Positions 32,097 to 41,278 of a stretch of 64,000 bases of DNA are shown piece by piece (position 1 is the stretch's first letter; each line of letters begins with the position of its first letter). The stretch is from Gammaproteobacteria bacterium. Its GTDB lineage: Bacteria; Pseudomonadota; Gammaproteobacteria; UBA4575. The notes under the pieces are model-generated. The model was not told the DNA's origin. It made no database searches and saw nothing but the letters and a program-made list of their open reading frames with translations. The stretch lies in assembly GCA_965222615.1 (NCBI GenBank), contig CBDCUI010000008.1, positions 352,001 through 416,000 of the forward strand. Direction: 5' to 3'. Both the position numbers and the translations under genes were made by a program.

Positions 32097-33173
32097 TTAA
32101 GAAGATAAATGAGTTAATTCAGACCTATAATTCTGTAGTGCTTCGGGGAACCGCTCTATGCAATTTGCTGTAAAAAGAGAGACATCAATTGTCTCGGTAA
32201 GCAATTGATCTGCAGAATTTTGCCAGTACTGTGGTGAATTTGTTAAAAGGGTTTTTATTGCGCATTCTAGATTATTCCAATGTAGTCGTTTTACATTTTT
32301 AACTAATCCATAGCGGGATTCTAGCTCATCAGTATAACCACGACCTGTTGTCGCTGCGTAAATAGCTGGCACACCCATCACAGCTGATTCGGAAGCCATC
32401 GTTGCGCTTTCGCCAATAAATAAACGACAAAACGCCATTAAATGATGTATCTCAGCTACTTTGCCATGATAACGTAGAGACTCGAACTCTGAAGGCAATG
32501 TACCTTCAGCTGAAATAATTATTTTACCTTTCGGCGCTAGAAAATTAATTAGTGAGCGTAGTAATTCAGTAGTCCAACCTTGTTCACCTATATCATGATT
32601 GGCCTGCCAAGAAACTAAACGGAATAAAAAAGTAGGTTTCGTATTAGATAAGCCATTTTTTTCAGCTAAGTTTCTATCTGCGGTAAAATAGTGAGGATGT
32701 AAATAAGATAGCTCGTGATAACCTCGATAGCGAATATGTCGATTCTTAGGCAACCAAGCCGCGTAACATGAAGGAACGATTACACATGATGCAAAAGGGT
32801 AGGTTATCGTGTTTTGTAATCCTGCATTTTCCGTATCATAAAAAACCAGAGATTTCGCACTATTAATAATTCCTACATGCGCTATAAATGTTCCACCAAT
32901 GGCTGCCATAACGTCTGGTTTAAATTTATTTGCAATTTTCCATAGTGCAATATCTCGTTTGATAAGCTCAGATGCAAAACCTATTAAATTGCCTTTTTTA
33001 TTTAAACTTGATATTGGCTTATGGGTAATCTCAAGTTCATCAAGTAAATCCAATGCAATGTCTTTTTCTCTACTCGTGAATAGTATTGTATGACCACGAC
33101 CACGAAGTATCCTTGCGGGATTCTTAAAAAAATGAACGTGAGCTGGATGTGCTATATCGAATAGTATACGCAA
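32097..33173 (-). CDS. DUF354 family protein (GT-B-like fold)
   Basis: ILFDIAHPAHVHFFK, REKD, DTE, YHELSYLHP, A.HD.G, GESATMASESAVMGVPAI. Confidence 0.85.
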   Translation of the reverse strand: MRILFDIAHPAHVHFFKNPARILRGRGHTILFTSREKDIALDLLDELEITHKPISSLNKKGNLIGFASELIKRDIALWKIANKFKPDVMAAIGGTFIAHVGIINSAKSLVFYDTENAGLQNTITYPFASCVIVPSCYAAWLPKNRHIRYRGYHELSYLHPHYFTADRNLAEKNGLSNTKPTFLFRLVSWQANHDIGEQGWTTELLRSLINFLAPKGKIIISAEGTLPSEFESLRYHGKVAEIHHLMAFCRLFIGESATMASESAVMGVPAIYAATTGRGYTDELESRYGLVKNVKRLHWNNLECAIKTLLTNSPQYWQNSADQLLTETIDVSLFTANCIERFPEALQNYRSELTHLSS

Positions 33174-33185
33174 TGTAGTGACTCG

Positions 33186-34058
33186 CTAATCACGAGAGGA
33201 TTTATAAAGTAGCACTGTAATTTGTTCCGAGACTAGCCCTATCATAAATACAATCATAGATACTATGAATAAAAGAGCGCTCATGTTGGTAAATCTTCCT
33301 ATGCTCAGGTAAGTATACGCATAATATGCTAATCCAGTTATGAAGAGAAAAGCGCTGAATGGCGCGAATATTTTTAAAGGGGAATATAATGTCCCGATTT
33401 TGAAAATAATTATCAGAAATCTAAGCCCATCTTTAAATAAGCGCAAGTGACTTTTACCAGCTCTTTTATTGGATTCTATTGGTATATAGGTGACAGGGTA
33501 ACCGCTTCTAAAGAAAGCCATCGTAATGGTTGTGGGATAGGAAAATCCATTCGGTAATAAATGCAAGAAACTTTTAAATTTTTTTGTATTAACCGCCCTA
33601 AAACCTGAGGTTAAATCCTTTACATTTTTTCCAATGATTAAGCTGGAAATATAGTTATAGAATTGATTACCAAGCCATCTCCGTTTGCCTGCTTGTGATT
33701 TATAGCCTCTTGCACCTACCACCATTTCAAAGCCTTCATTCATCCTTTCAAGTAGTCTTTTAATATCACACGGGTTGTGTTGCCCATCTGCATCCATGGT
33801 TACAAGTATGTCGCCGGTTGCTGCTCGTGCTCCAGCTTTTATAGCAGCACCGTTTCCCATACTATAAGGATGTGAAATTAGTACTGCGTTATTGTTTTGA
33901 ACGATGTCTGCAGTGTTATCTGTTGAACCATCATCAATAACAATTATTTCTGCACTATGTAGCTCTTGTCGTAGTTTTTTTAACAGCAGACCAATCGATG
34001 ATGCTTCATTTTTTGCAGGTATTACTACACTTAATTTTATATTTTCGTCTAATGGCAA
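33186..34058 (-). CDS. GT2 glycosyltransferase, dolichol/polyprenol-phosphate synthase-like, with two C-terminal TM helices
   Basis: VIPAKNE, IDDGSTD, GNGAA, MDADGQH, DLTSGFR, R.GKS. Confidence 0.9.
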   Translation of the reverse strand: MPLDENIKLSVVIPAKNEASSIGLLLKKLRQELHSAEIIVIDDGSTDNTADIVQNNNAVLISHPYSMGNGAAIKAGARAATGDILVTMDADGQHNPCDIKRLLERMNEGFEMVVGARGYKSQAGKRRWLGNQFYNYISSLIIGKNVKDLTSGFRAVNTKKFKSFLHLLPNGFSYPTTITMAFFRSGYPVTYIPIESNKRAGKSHLRLFKDGLRFLIIIFKIGTLYSPLKIFAPFSAFLFITGLAYYAYTYLSIGRFTNMSALLFIVSMIVFMIGLVSEQITVLLYKSSRD

Positions 34059-34136
34059 TTTGTGTTATCCCTTGATCTGATTTTCTTATACTCATTTAAA
34101 AGTAAATAGATAGTTTATCTTGTAAATTATATAGTA

Positions 34137-36107
34137 CTATGTATTTTGTTCCGCTGTTGTATCAATACGAATTTTCCATGCATCAGCATTAGAAGTAAAC
34201 ATTCCAAATCTATCTTTTGCTCGAATTATCTCAAGTTCATCGAGAGCGTCTTGATATAATTTAGCAGTAGTAAGCCATCTTATTAACACAAAGCGGTAAT
34301 GAATATCTTTAGGCTGTTCTTCAATCGCAATTTTAGTCAGCTGAATAGCTGTATCTAAGTCGTTTAACACCGCAACGTAGTATTCAGACAAAAAAACTAA
34401 TAATAGTGCTAAATTATGTTTATCAATATCTTGGCGTAAAAGAGGGGCATACATTACACCCATAAAATCTTCCGTTGATAGCTTGCAAACCCTTTTAATG
34501 TGACAATGTGATAGCTTTCGAAGTGCTGTGACTGTGCTTGAATCAAGTTTTTTTTCCTGCAATGTAGATACGATTTTAGAATAATCTTCGCGTGGTAGTT
34601 CTTTGTCAAAAGAGCTATATAAAATAAGACGAGCGACATTGGCACTCGAGAAAAAAGGATCTAATTGTGCAGATTTCTTAAAGTGATAATCCGCTTTATG
34701 AAAAATATCATCAGCATCTAATCCATCTTTAGAGCTTACTATCCCAGCATGAAAACCGGCATAAATTCCTACATAGATACCAGCTAAGCTCACGTGTGCT
34801 CGGGCTGAATTGGGGTGATGCTCGACATCCGCAAGCGCTAAATTTAAAGGGTCACTCCATTGTTGTGCTCGGAGAAAAGTTGTATATGAGATTAAGGATA
34901 TCCAGATAACTAAACATATCGATATTACATACCGAATTTTTTCTCTTGATAGTAAGTATTGAAACAAAGAAATTAAGCAAATGAATATACCAAAAGAAGG
35001 TAGATAGTTTCGGTGTTCATAGGCAAGTTCTAGAGGCAAGATTGTAGACTCAAGTAAGTGTGCAGAAAAAAACCAAAATATTCCAAATGCGACGAGTAAA
35101 AATATTTTTCGTGAAATAAATCCTAATACTAAAATAAGCAATATCAACGCGATACTAATTAATGTGGTAAAAGGTTGAAATAGAGATTTCGATAGACTGA
35201 AATCATCTAAGAACAGACTCATTTCAGAAATGTTAGGAGCTATAATCATTTTTAAGTACCAAACCACTACTCTAGATTCAGTAAGCAGCCGTTCAGTCAG
35301 TGTAAAGCTCCTTCGATCAAATCTAACTTCAAGCCATTCTGGGTTAGCAATTAAAAATATGCCAATTGAAATAGCAATAATAATAAAACCTAGGGTGAAA
35401 CAGGTTTTTAGAATAGTTTGATCAGCTTTCCTAAAGGCTGAAAACTTAAATACAAAAATCTCAATTAAAGCCAAGTAGAAAACTAAATTAACAGCAGTTT
35501 CCTTAGTAAATACTGCAAGCAGGGTAAATATTCCTGTGCTTGATACAAGAGGGAACCAATAACTTTTGTGTTCAATTTGCTTTAATCGAAAATGTGCATA
35601 GCACAACATAGCTGAGACGCAAAAGAGTGCGGATAAACTAGTCATTCTCTGTACTACATAAAGAACTCCGGTTAAATTAATTGGGTGTAGTATCCAAATC
35701 CCGTAAATCAGAGCTGCAATTAAATTAACATTTGTTTTTGTTTCATTAGATCGATTAATATAGGTCAGTAATTTCTTGCTTAAGAAAAATAATAATATTC
35801 CAGCCAAGATGTGTATAACTAAGTTAGTAAGCTTCATTGCAACAGCGTTATTTCCGGTAAAAAACCAATTCACACTGAAACTAAAATACGATAATGGCCG
35901 CCCTAAGCGCCCGCTATTGCCTGACCAAGCGGCTTGCCAAAAATTACCAAGAGTAGGGTTTTCTACATGTAATAGAGTGTTATCTACGATATTGATATGA
36001 TCATCAAAATAAAAACCATCGGCTAGACCGGGGTAGTACACCGCTATAGTTAGAATTGAAAAGAAGGTGAGCAGAAAGAAATTGCTTTTTATTATCATCA
36101 TGTACAT
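34137..36107 (-). CDS. TfpW/TMTC-like GT-C membrane glycosyltransferase with C-terminal TPR-like helices
   Basis: F.FDD in first loop, RPL..FSF, LHP...V.YVVQRM, KE, YEHRNYLPS, W.....A..D....P.S.R; about 11 hydrophobic segments; directly downstream of pilA. Confidence 0.8.
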   Translation of the reverse strand: MYMMIIKSNFFLLTFFSILTIAVYYPGLADGFYFDDHINIVDNTLLHVENPTLGNFWQAAWSGNSGRLGRPLSYFSFSVNWFFTGNNAVAMKLTNLVIHILAGILLFFLSKKLLTYINRSNETKTNVNLIAALIYGIWILHPINLTGVLYVVQRMTSLSALFCVSAMLCYAHFRLKQIEHKSYWFPLVSSTGIFTLLAVFTKETAVNLVFYLALIEIFVFKFSAFRKADQTILKTCFTLGFIIIAISIGIFLIANPEWLEVRFDRRSFTLTERLLTESRVVVWYLKMIIAPNISEMSLFLDDFSLSKSLFQPFTTLISIALILLILVLGFISRKIFLLVAFGIFWFFSAHLLESTILPLELAYEHRNYLPSFGIFICLISLFQYLLSREKIRYVISICLVIWISLISYTTFLRAQQWSDPLNLALADVEHHPNSARAHVSLAGIYVGIYAGFHAGIVSSKDGLDADDIFHKADYHFKKSAQLDPFFSSANVARLILYSSFDKELPREDYSKIVSTLQEKKLDSSTVTALRKLSHCHIKRVCKLSTEDFMGVMYAPLLRQDIDKHNLALLLVFLSEYYVAVLNDLDTAIQLTKIAIEEQPKDIHYRFVLIRWLTTAKLYQDALDELEIIRAKDRFGMFTSNADAWKIRIDTTAEQNT

Positions 36108-36126
36108 GAGGTTTAGTAATAGGAAT

Positions 36127-36160
36127 AAAAAAAGCGCCCTAATAAATTAGGGCGCTTTTT
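36127..36160 (-). terminator. Intrinsic terminator after pilA
   Basis: AAAAAAAGCGCCCTAAT-aa-ATTAGGGCGCTTTTT. Confidence 0.88.
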
Positions 36161-36200
36161 AAATTTCGAATTTCAATAAAAATTGAAATTCAAACTAGAT

Positions 36201-36656
36201 TTATACTCTGCAATCAGCAGGTAGGAATCTTGAAGGTATTGGCTGTGCAGCACCTGGTACGCAATCCCAATCTACATTTTGGCCTGGAGCACCAGAACCT
36301 TGCATATCAATGGTATCACTTGCTGCTACACCTCCGCCAATAGCAGTTGTGCTTGCAGCAACGGTAAGTACCGCACTGTTCGCGCTTGGCTTATTATAAG
36401 TAAGAACACTCACATACTTACTACCAACACGGGTGTTGAATCCTGCTGTAGCAGCAGTAGCTGGCATACTACCTTGAGAAATGAAAAACTCAGAAATAGA
36501 GGTTTTAGCAGGCGCCATTGCATTGACTACTTCAGTTACTTTTGCGCGAGTGGTGTAATCCTGGTATGCAGGAATAGCAATCGCAGCTAAGATACCGATG
36601 ATCGCTACCACAATCATTAATTCGATTAAGGTAAAACCTTTTTGCATTTTTTTCAT
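36201..36656 (-). CDS. pilA: Type IVa major pilin
   Basis: [34 protein letters not shown]; C-terminal disulfide loop WDC...LPADC; AGGAG RBS favours the ATG at 36656. Confidence 0.96.
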   Translation of the reverse strand: MKKMQKGFTLIELMIVVAIIGILAAIAIPAYQDYTTRAKVTEVVNAMAPAKTSISEFFISQGSMPATAATAGFNTRVGSKYVSVLTYNKPSANSAVLTVAASTTAIGGGVAASDTIDMQGSGAPGQNVDWDCVPGAAQPIPSRFLPADCRV

Positions 36657-36798
36657 GGGGAATCTCCTATCCACATTTTAAAATTTAAGTTGAACGTTAA
36701 AAACCCAGCACTCCTTGCTGATAGAGTCTTTAACGACTCCAACTCCGGAAAAACTGGCGATTGCTACCACAAACAATGGAACAATCATGCTTATAGCT

Positions 36799-36816
36799 AT
36801 ACAGGTATCGTGCCAA
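36799..36816 (-). promoter_or_regulatory. Probable sigma-54 promoter of pilA
   Basis: Minus strand TTGGCACGATACCTGTAT: canonical -24 TGGCAC, -12 has GT instead of GC; adjacent to the sigma-54 activator pilR. Confidence 0.6.
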
Positions 36817-36932
36817 CAACCATTGAGTGTGATAACTTACGAGGAAACAGTATGTTCTATGCTATCTGTGATGTAATGTGCCACCAGATGAACGGTAAAT
36901 TGTGTCAACTAGCTGGTGTTCATGTTCAAGAC

Positions 36933-36947
36933 TGACAAATTTTGTCA
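36933..36947. promoter_or_regulatory. Probable PilR enhancer site
   Basis: Palindrome TGACAAA-T-TTTGTCA about 120 bp upstream of the -24 box; another TGTCA at ~36903. Confidence 0.55.
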
Positions 36948-36974
36948 TATTTTAATGCATGCGTTGAATTCTAT

Positions 36975-37004
36975 CTGGATTGCTTCACTGCGTTCGCAAT
37001 GACG
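36975..37004 (+). repeat. Single REP-like unit just after the pilR stop
   Basis: CTGGATTGCTTC-ACTGCGT-TCGCAATGACG. Confidence 0.8.
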
Positions 37005-37012
37005 AAGTTTTT

Positions 37013-38368
37013 TTACTCTAATTCTAGTTTTTGTAAACGATAACGTAGCTGGCGAAAAGTGATTCCAAGGAGTTTGGCTGCAGCAGTTTTATTCCAGCGG
37101 GTTTTTTCTAATGCAGCAATAATTGCTTTGCGTTCTTTTTGGATTAAATAATCTTCTAGCTGGTCCACTGAAAGAGTGATGGAGGATTCATCAGGATTGG
37201 GTTGTTCTGATTCAGCGATTGGCTTAGATTCTGGTAGGTTTAAATCAGTTGCAGTGATTTCATTTCCTTCACAAAGTGTAGCAGCTCTTTCTAGTATATT
37301 TTCCAACTCACGTATGTTCCCTGGAAAGCTGTATTGTTGCAATTTTTCTATTGCGTCCGTTGAAATTTTGTAACTGTTCTCTTGGCTTTGCTTAGAAATT
37401 TTTGCCAACATAAAGTCTGCGAATATCGGTAGGTCGCTCATGCGTTCACGCAAAGGTGGAATAACTAATTCGATGACATTGATGCGATAATATAAATCTT
37501 GACGAAAACTGCCATTCTCTACTTCTTCTGCAAGATCTTTATGCGTGGCACTTAGTAAACGGATGTCTACAGGGATTTCTTTTTGTCCGCCAATCGGTTT
37601 AATGGCTTTTTCTTGTATGGCGCGTAATAGTTTTACCTGCATATGTATAGGGAGTTCAGCAATTTCATCTAAAAAGAGCGTGCCGCCATTTGCAGCTTGA
37701 AATAAGCCTTCTTTGTCGCTAACTGCACCTGTAAAGCTTCCTTTCATGTGGCCAAAGAATTCGCTTTCCATTAGTTCAGTCGGAATGGCGCCACAGTTTA
37801 CAGGTATGAAGTTTGCTGATGCACGAGGGCCCAGTTCATGAATTTGTTTAGCAACCAATTCTTTACCCACACCGGATTCACCTCTTAAGTAAACGGGCGC
37901 TTGACTACGCGCTAATTTTTCAATTTTTTCGCGTAACGACTGCATCGCTTCCGATTCACCCAAAAGCTTCTGCTGTTGTGTTGTATGGGGTTGGTCGATG
38001 GGAGTACTAGCTACTTTTAAAGCGCTATCGACTAATCCGCGAAGCAAATTGAGATCGATTGGTTTCGATACAAAATCAAATGCGCCAGCTTTTAAAGCTT
38101 TAATTGCTGCTTCCATGCTGCCAAAGGCCGTGATCACGGCTACTGGGATATGTGGATATTGCGCTTGAATGTGCTCGACGAGCTCTATGCCATTACCATC
38201 GGGCAATTTCATGTCTGTAAGACATAAATCAAATTGCTCGTTGTTCAATAATGATTTTGCCTCACGTACATTTGCTGCGGCATGCGAGTCCAAGTTCATT
38301 CGGCTCAGTGTGATTTCTAACAGCTCTCGAATATCAGGCTCGTCGTCGACGACTAAAACATTTTTCAA
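37013..38368 (-). CDS. pilR: Sigma-54-dependent response regulator PilR
   Basis: Receiver (VVDDE, D..LPDG), GESGVGKE, GSFTGA, FLDEI, FRQDLYYR, Fis-type HTH; between pilS and pilA. Confidence 0.93.
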   Translation of the reverse strand: MKNVLVVDDEPDIRELLEITLSRMNLDSHAAANVREAKSLLNNEQFDLCLTDMKLPDGNGIELVEHIQAQYPHIPVAVITAFGSMEAAIKALKAGAFDFVSKPIDLNLLRGLVDSALKVASTPIDQPHTTQQQKLLGESEAMQSLREKIEKLARSQAPVYLRGESGVGKELVAKQIHELGPRASANFIPVNCGAIPTELMESEFFGHMKGSFTGAVSDKEGLFQAANGGTLFLDEIAELPIHMQVKLLRAIQEKAIKPIGGQKEIPVDIRLLSATHKDLAEEVENGSFRQDLYYRINVIELVIPPLRERMSDLPIFADFMLAKISKQSQENSYKISTDAIEKLQQYSFPGNIRELENILERAATLCEGNEITATDLNLPESKPIAESEQPNPDESSITLSVDQLEDYLIQKERKAIIAALEKTRWNKTAAAKLLGITFRQLRYRLQKLELE

Positions 38369-39993
38369 GACTTTGACTCCCCAAAATCTGCTGGTGAAGA
38401 AAATTCAATTCTGAAGCAGCTACTGCTGTCAGGAGTATTAATATAGCGTAAATCTCCTCCATTGTTCTTGCATAATTCGCGTGAAAGGTATAGTCCTAGC
38501 CCTGTTCCTGTCTCACTGGTAGTAAAAAAAGGTTCAAATAGCTGAGATCGATGTTCTTCACTTATACCGGGACCGGCGTCGATGACATCTAGATGTCCTG
38601 AGTCATCAGTTTTATCGATTTTTGCAATTAAGCTTACTTTGGCATTGGGATTTTCTAACGCACCATATTTCTTGGCATTTTTGCATAAATTCCATAGTAC
38701 TTGGTGTAAGTGGCTGGGATCCATCGATACGTATGCATCTTGTGGTGAGATATTTACTGAAACCCAGTTTTGAGATAGATCGTTGGTGCGAGTAAATTCT
38801 TCGATAAACTTTGTCAACCAGGCGCGCAAGACTATTTTTTCGGGTTTGGCACTGTCTCGGCGTGAAAGTCGTAATACATTATTGATAATGTTATTTAATC
38901 GTATGGATTGATCTTGAATGATGGTAGCTAAACGTTTGTCGGCTTTATTTAGATCATTAGATTCATCTAGTAATTGTGCGGCATGGCTGATTGCGCCTAA
39001 TGGGTTACGTATTTCATGTGCAATACTTGCGGTGAGGCGGCCTAGAGATGCTAATTTACTTTCTTGCACTTGGCGTTCAATTTCAGTGTTATCACTTAAA
39101 TAAATTACCGATCCTTTGTCGTGTTTTCTTGAGCCAATGGGTGTAATACGTATTTGCAAGTCAGCCTTATTTACACGTTTGAGTTTATTAAGATGACTTC
39201 TGTACTCAGGATTGTTGCTGGCTTTATTCCAGGTTTTAAAGATGTCGAATAAAGGGACCGAGACATCTAATAGCTTTGTCTGTTCGCCAATTTCAGGTTG
39301 ATCCAATAATTTCCAAGCCGCATGATTAATCATTCGTATTGAACTATCGTCATCAATCACCATAATTCCTGAGTCCATTCTATTAATAAGGTGTTCGTTT
39401 AATTTCGCCAGGTTGGCAAGGTCAATGCCACGTTGTGCAGCAAGCTTTGCGCTTTCTGAAGCGCGTTTTGCCATGGTAATGGCAAGTAGTGCAGTGGCAA
39501 ATAAGGCAGCACCAAGTAATCCAGCCTGTGTATAGTAAGTTTTCTCGAATATACCTTGTATATTTGAATAGGTTTCATGTAACAAAATAGCTAAAGTAGC
39601 GAGTGCAGCAAATAACAATGCAGATCTGCCTGGCAATAAAAGACTGCCTCCTGCCACCACTGCAATCATCAAGGTGCCAAAGCCAGTGGAAACGCCACCA
39701 AATAAATGCATCACCAAAGTAATCGCAGCAATATCGAAAATTATAGAAAAGTAAACTTGAAGCCGATAAGGGATCCATCTAAAGTAGGTGCAAATCAGAA
39801 TAGTCACGGAAACCAGCACATAAACTAAACAGATCCATTGCAGCGCGACTGGATTTAAAGAAGTCAGAAAGGATACTTTGTTGGCTAATAGACTTAAGCC
39901 TAAAAATATTGTCGCAACTAATATTCGGTAAAGGCTAAATAACCGTAATGCAGGCCATTGTTGGTTGGTATCGTCTTCTAAAAACCTGCTCAT
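38365..39993 (-). CDS. pilS: Sensor histidine kinase PilS
   Basis: N-terminal TM bundle with YR motif, LTASIAHEIRNPLGAISHAAQLL, D.GPG, FEPFFTT, GTGLGL. Confidence 0.92.
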   Translation of the reverse strand: MSRFLEDDTNQQWPALRLFSLYRILVATIFLGLSLLANKVSFLTSLNPVALQWICLVYVLVSVTILICTYFRWIPYRLQVYFSIIFDIAAITLVMHLFGGVSTGFGTLMIAVVAGGSLLLPGRSALLFAALATLAILLHETYSNIQGIFEKTYYTQAGLLGAALFATALLAITMAKRASESAKLAAQRGIDLANLAKLNEHLINRMDSGIMVIDDDSSIRMINHAAWKLLDQPEIGEQTKLLDVSVPLFDIFKTWNKASNNPEYRSHLNKLKRVNKADLQIRITPIGSRKHDKGSVIYLSDNTEIERQVQESKLASLGRLTASIAHEIRNPLGAISHAAQLLDESNDLNKADKRLATIIQDQSIRLNNIINNVLRLSRRDSAKPEKIVLRAWLTKFIEEFTRTNDLSQNWVSVNISPQDAYVSMDPSHLHQVLWNLCKNAKKYGALENPNAKVSLIAKIDKTDDSGHLDVIDAGPGISEEHRSQLFEPFFTTSETGTGLGLYLSRELCKNNGGDLRYINTPDSSSCFRIEFSSPADFGESKS

Positions 39994-40099
39994 GTGTAAT
40001 AGGAAAAGCCTAAAATGAAGCCGTCACGATAAGTCATAGCAAGATAGCATACCCTAGTTTAAATCGTATAATGCAGCAACTTATCTGATACATGACCAC

Positions 40100-41263
40100 A
40101 TGAACATACACGAATACCAAGCCAAAGCACTATTTGCGAAATACGAAATTCCAGTTCTAGCATCACAAGTAATTCAATTGGGAGAGGATGTTGAGTCAAT
40201 TTGCCAAGGGATAGACAATCGAGCTTGGATCGTAAAGGCACAGGTACACGCGGGTGGTAGAGGTAAGGCTGGTGGGATTAAGAAAGTTGACGACCCCAGT
40301 CAGTTGGCTTCAGTGGTTAGCAAGATGTTGGGTACAAAGTTAGTCACCAAGCAAACGGGTGAAGAAGGTTTGCCCATTAATACGGTATTGCTCGAAGAAA
40401 TCGTGAAAATTGAGCGAGAGATTTATCTGGCATTATTAGTTGATCGCGATTCTAAAAAAGTCGCAATTATTGCCTCAGCAGAAGGTGGCATGGATATTGA
40501 GCAAGTGGCGCAGCAATCACCTGAAAAAATTATTACTCAATATATTCATCCGGCTGCAGGGATTCAACCTAATCAAATTAGAAACATTGCCTATGCGTTG
40601 CAATTGAGTAAAGAGCAACACAAACAACTACAGGATATTATAGTCAAGCTATACAGCTTATTTTTAACTAATGATTGTAGTTTGGTGGAGATTAATCCTT
40701 TAATCGTTGATGAAAATAATAATCTTGTAGCCCTAGACGCTAAAATTAATTTTGATGACAATGCACTTTACCGCCAAAAAGAAATTGAACAATATCGTGA
40801 TGTTTCTCAAGAAAAAAAATCTGAGGCAGATGCCAAAGAACTAGGACTTAACTATGTAAAGCTGGATGGTAATATCGGTTGTATTGTCAATGGCGCGGGC
40901 TTGGCGATGGCGACCATGGACTTAGTTAAACATCATGGGGGCGAGCCGGCTAACTTTTTAGATGTAGGGGGTGGGACCACACAAGGTAAAGTTTCACAAG
41001 CATTTAATTTAGTGCTCAGTGATCAGAATGTTAAGTCAATCTTTGTAAATATATTTGGTGGAATTGTGCGTTGCGATTTAATTGCGCAAGGCATACTCGA
41101 TGCAATTAAACAGGTAGATTTACAAACTCCTGTAACTATATTGTTGCAAGGCACTAATGCAGAAGAGGGTAAGGCATTATTAGAAAACCAATCTTCAAAA
41201 ATTTTTCCTGTAAGTACACTAACTGAAGGTGCACAGCAAGCCATCAAATTAGCAAGTGCATAA
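40100..41263 (+). CDS. sucC: Succinyl-CoA synthetase beta subunit
   Basis: MNIHEYQAK, KAQVHAGGRGKAGG, NGAGLAMATMD, NFLDVGG, NIFGGIVRCD. Confidence 0.98.
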   Translation: MNIHEYQAKALFAKYEIPVLASQVIQLGEDVESICQGIDNRAWIVKAQVHAGGRGKAGGIKKVDDPSQLASVVSKMLGTKLVTKQTGEEGLPINTVLLEEIVKIEREIYLALLVDRDSKKVAIIASAEGGMDIEQVAQQSPEKIITQYIHPAAGIQPNQIRNIAYALQLSKEQHKQLQDIIVKLYSLFLTNDCSLVEINPLIVDENNNLVALDAKINFDDNALYRQKEIEQYRDVSQEKKSEADAKELGLNYVKLDGNIGCIVNGAGLAMATMDLVKHHGGEPANFLDVGGGTTQGKVSQAFNLVLSDQNVKSIFVNIFGGIVRCDLIAQGILDAIKQVDLQTPVTILLQGTNAEEGKALLENQSSKIFPVSTLTEGAQQAIKLASA

Positions 41264-41278
41264 CATTAATTAAAATAA

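Noticed and set aside
22207-36107. Island as a prophage, ICE or defence island
   Set aside because: No integrase, transposase, tRNA target, flanking direct repeat or nuclease seen; the methyltransferases lack DNA-methyltransferase catalytic motifs
36657-36935. Longer pilA start (36674) and the 97-aa + strand ORF 36642..36935
   Set aside because: The RBS supports 36656; the + strand ORF covers the pilA promoter and has no protein features
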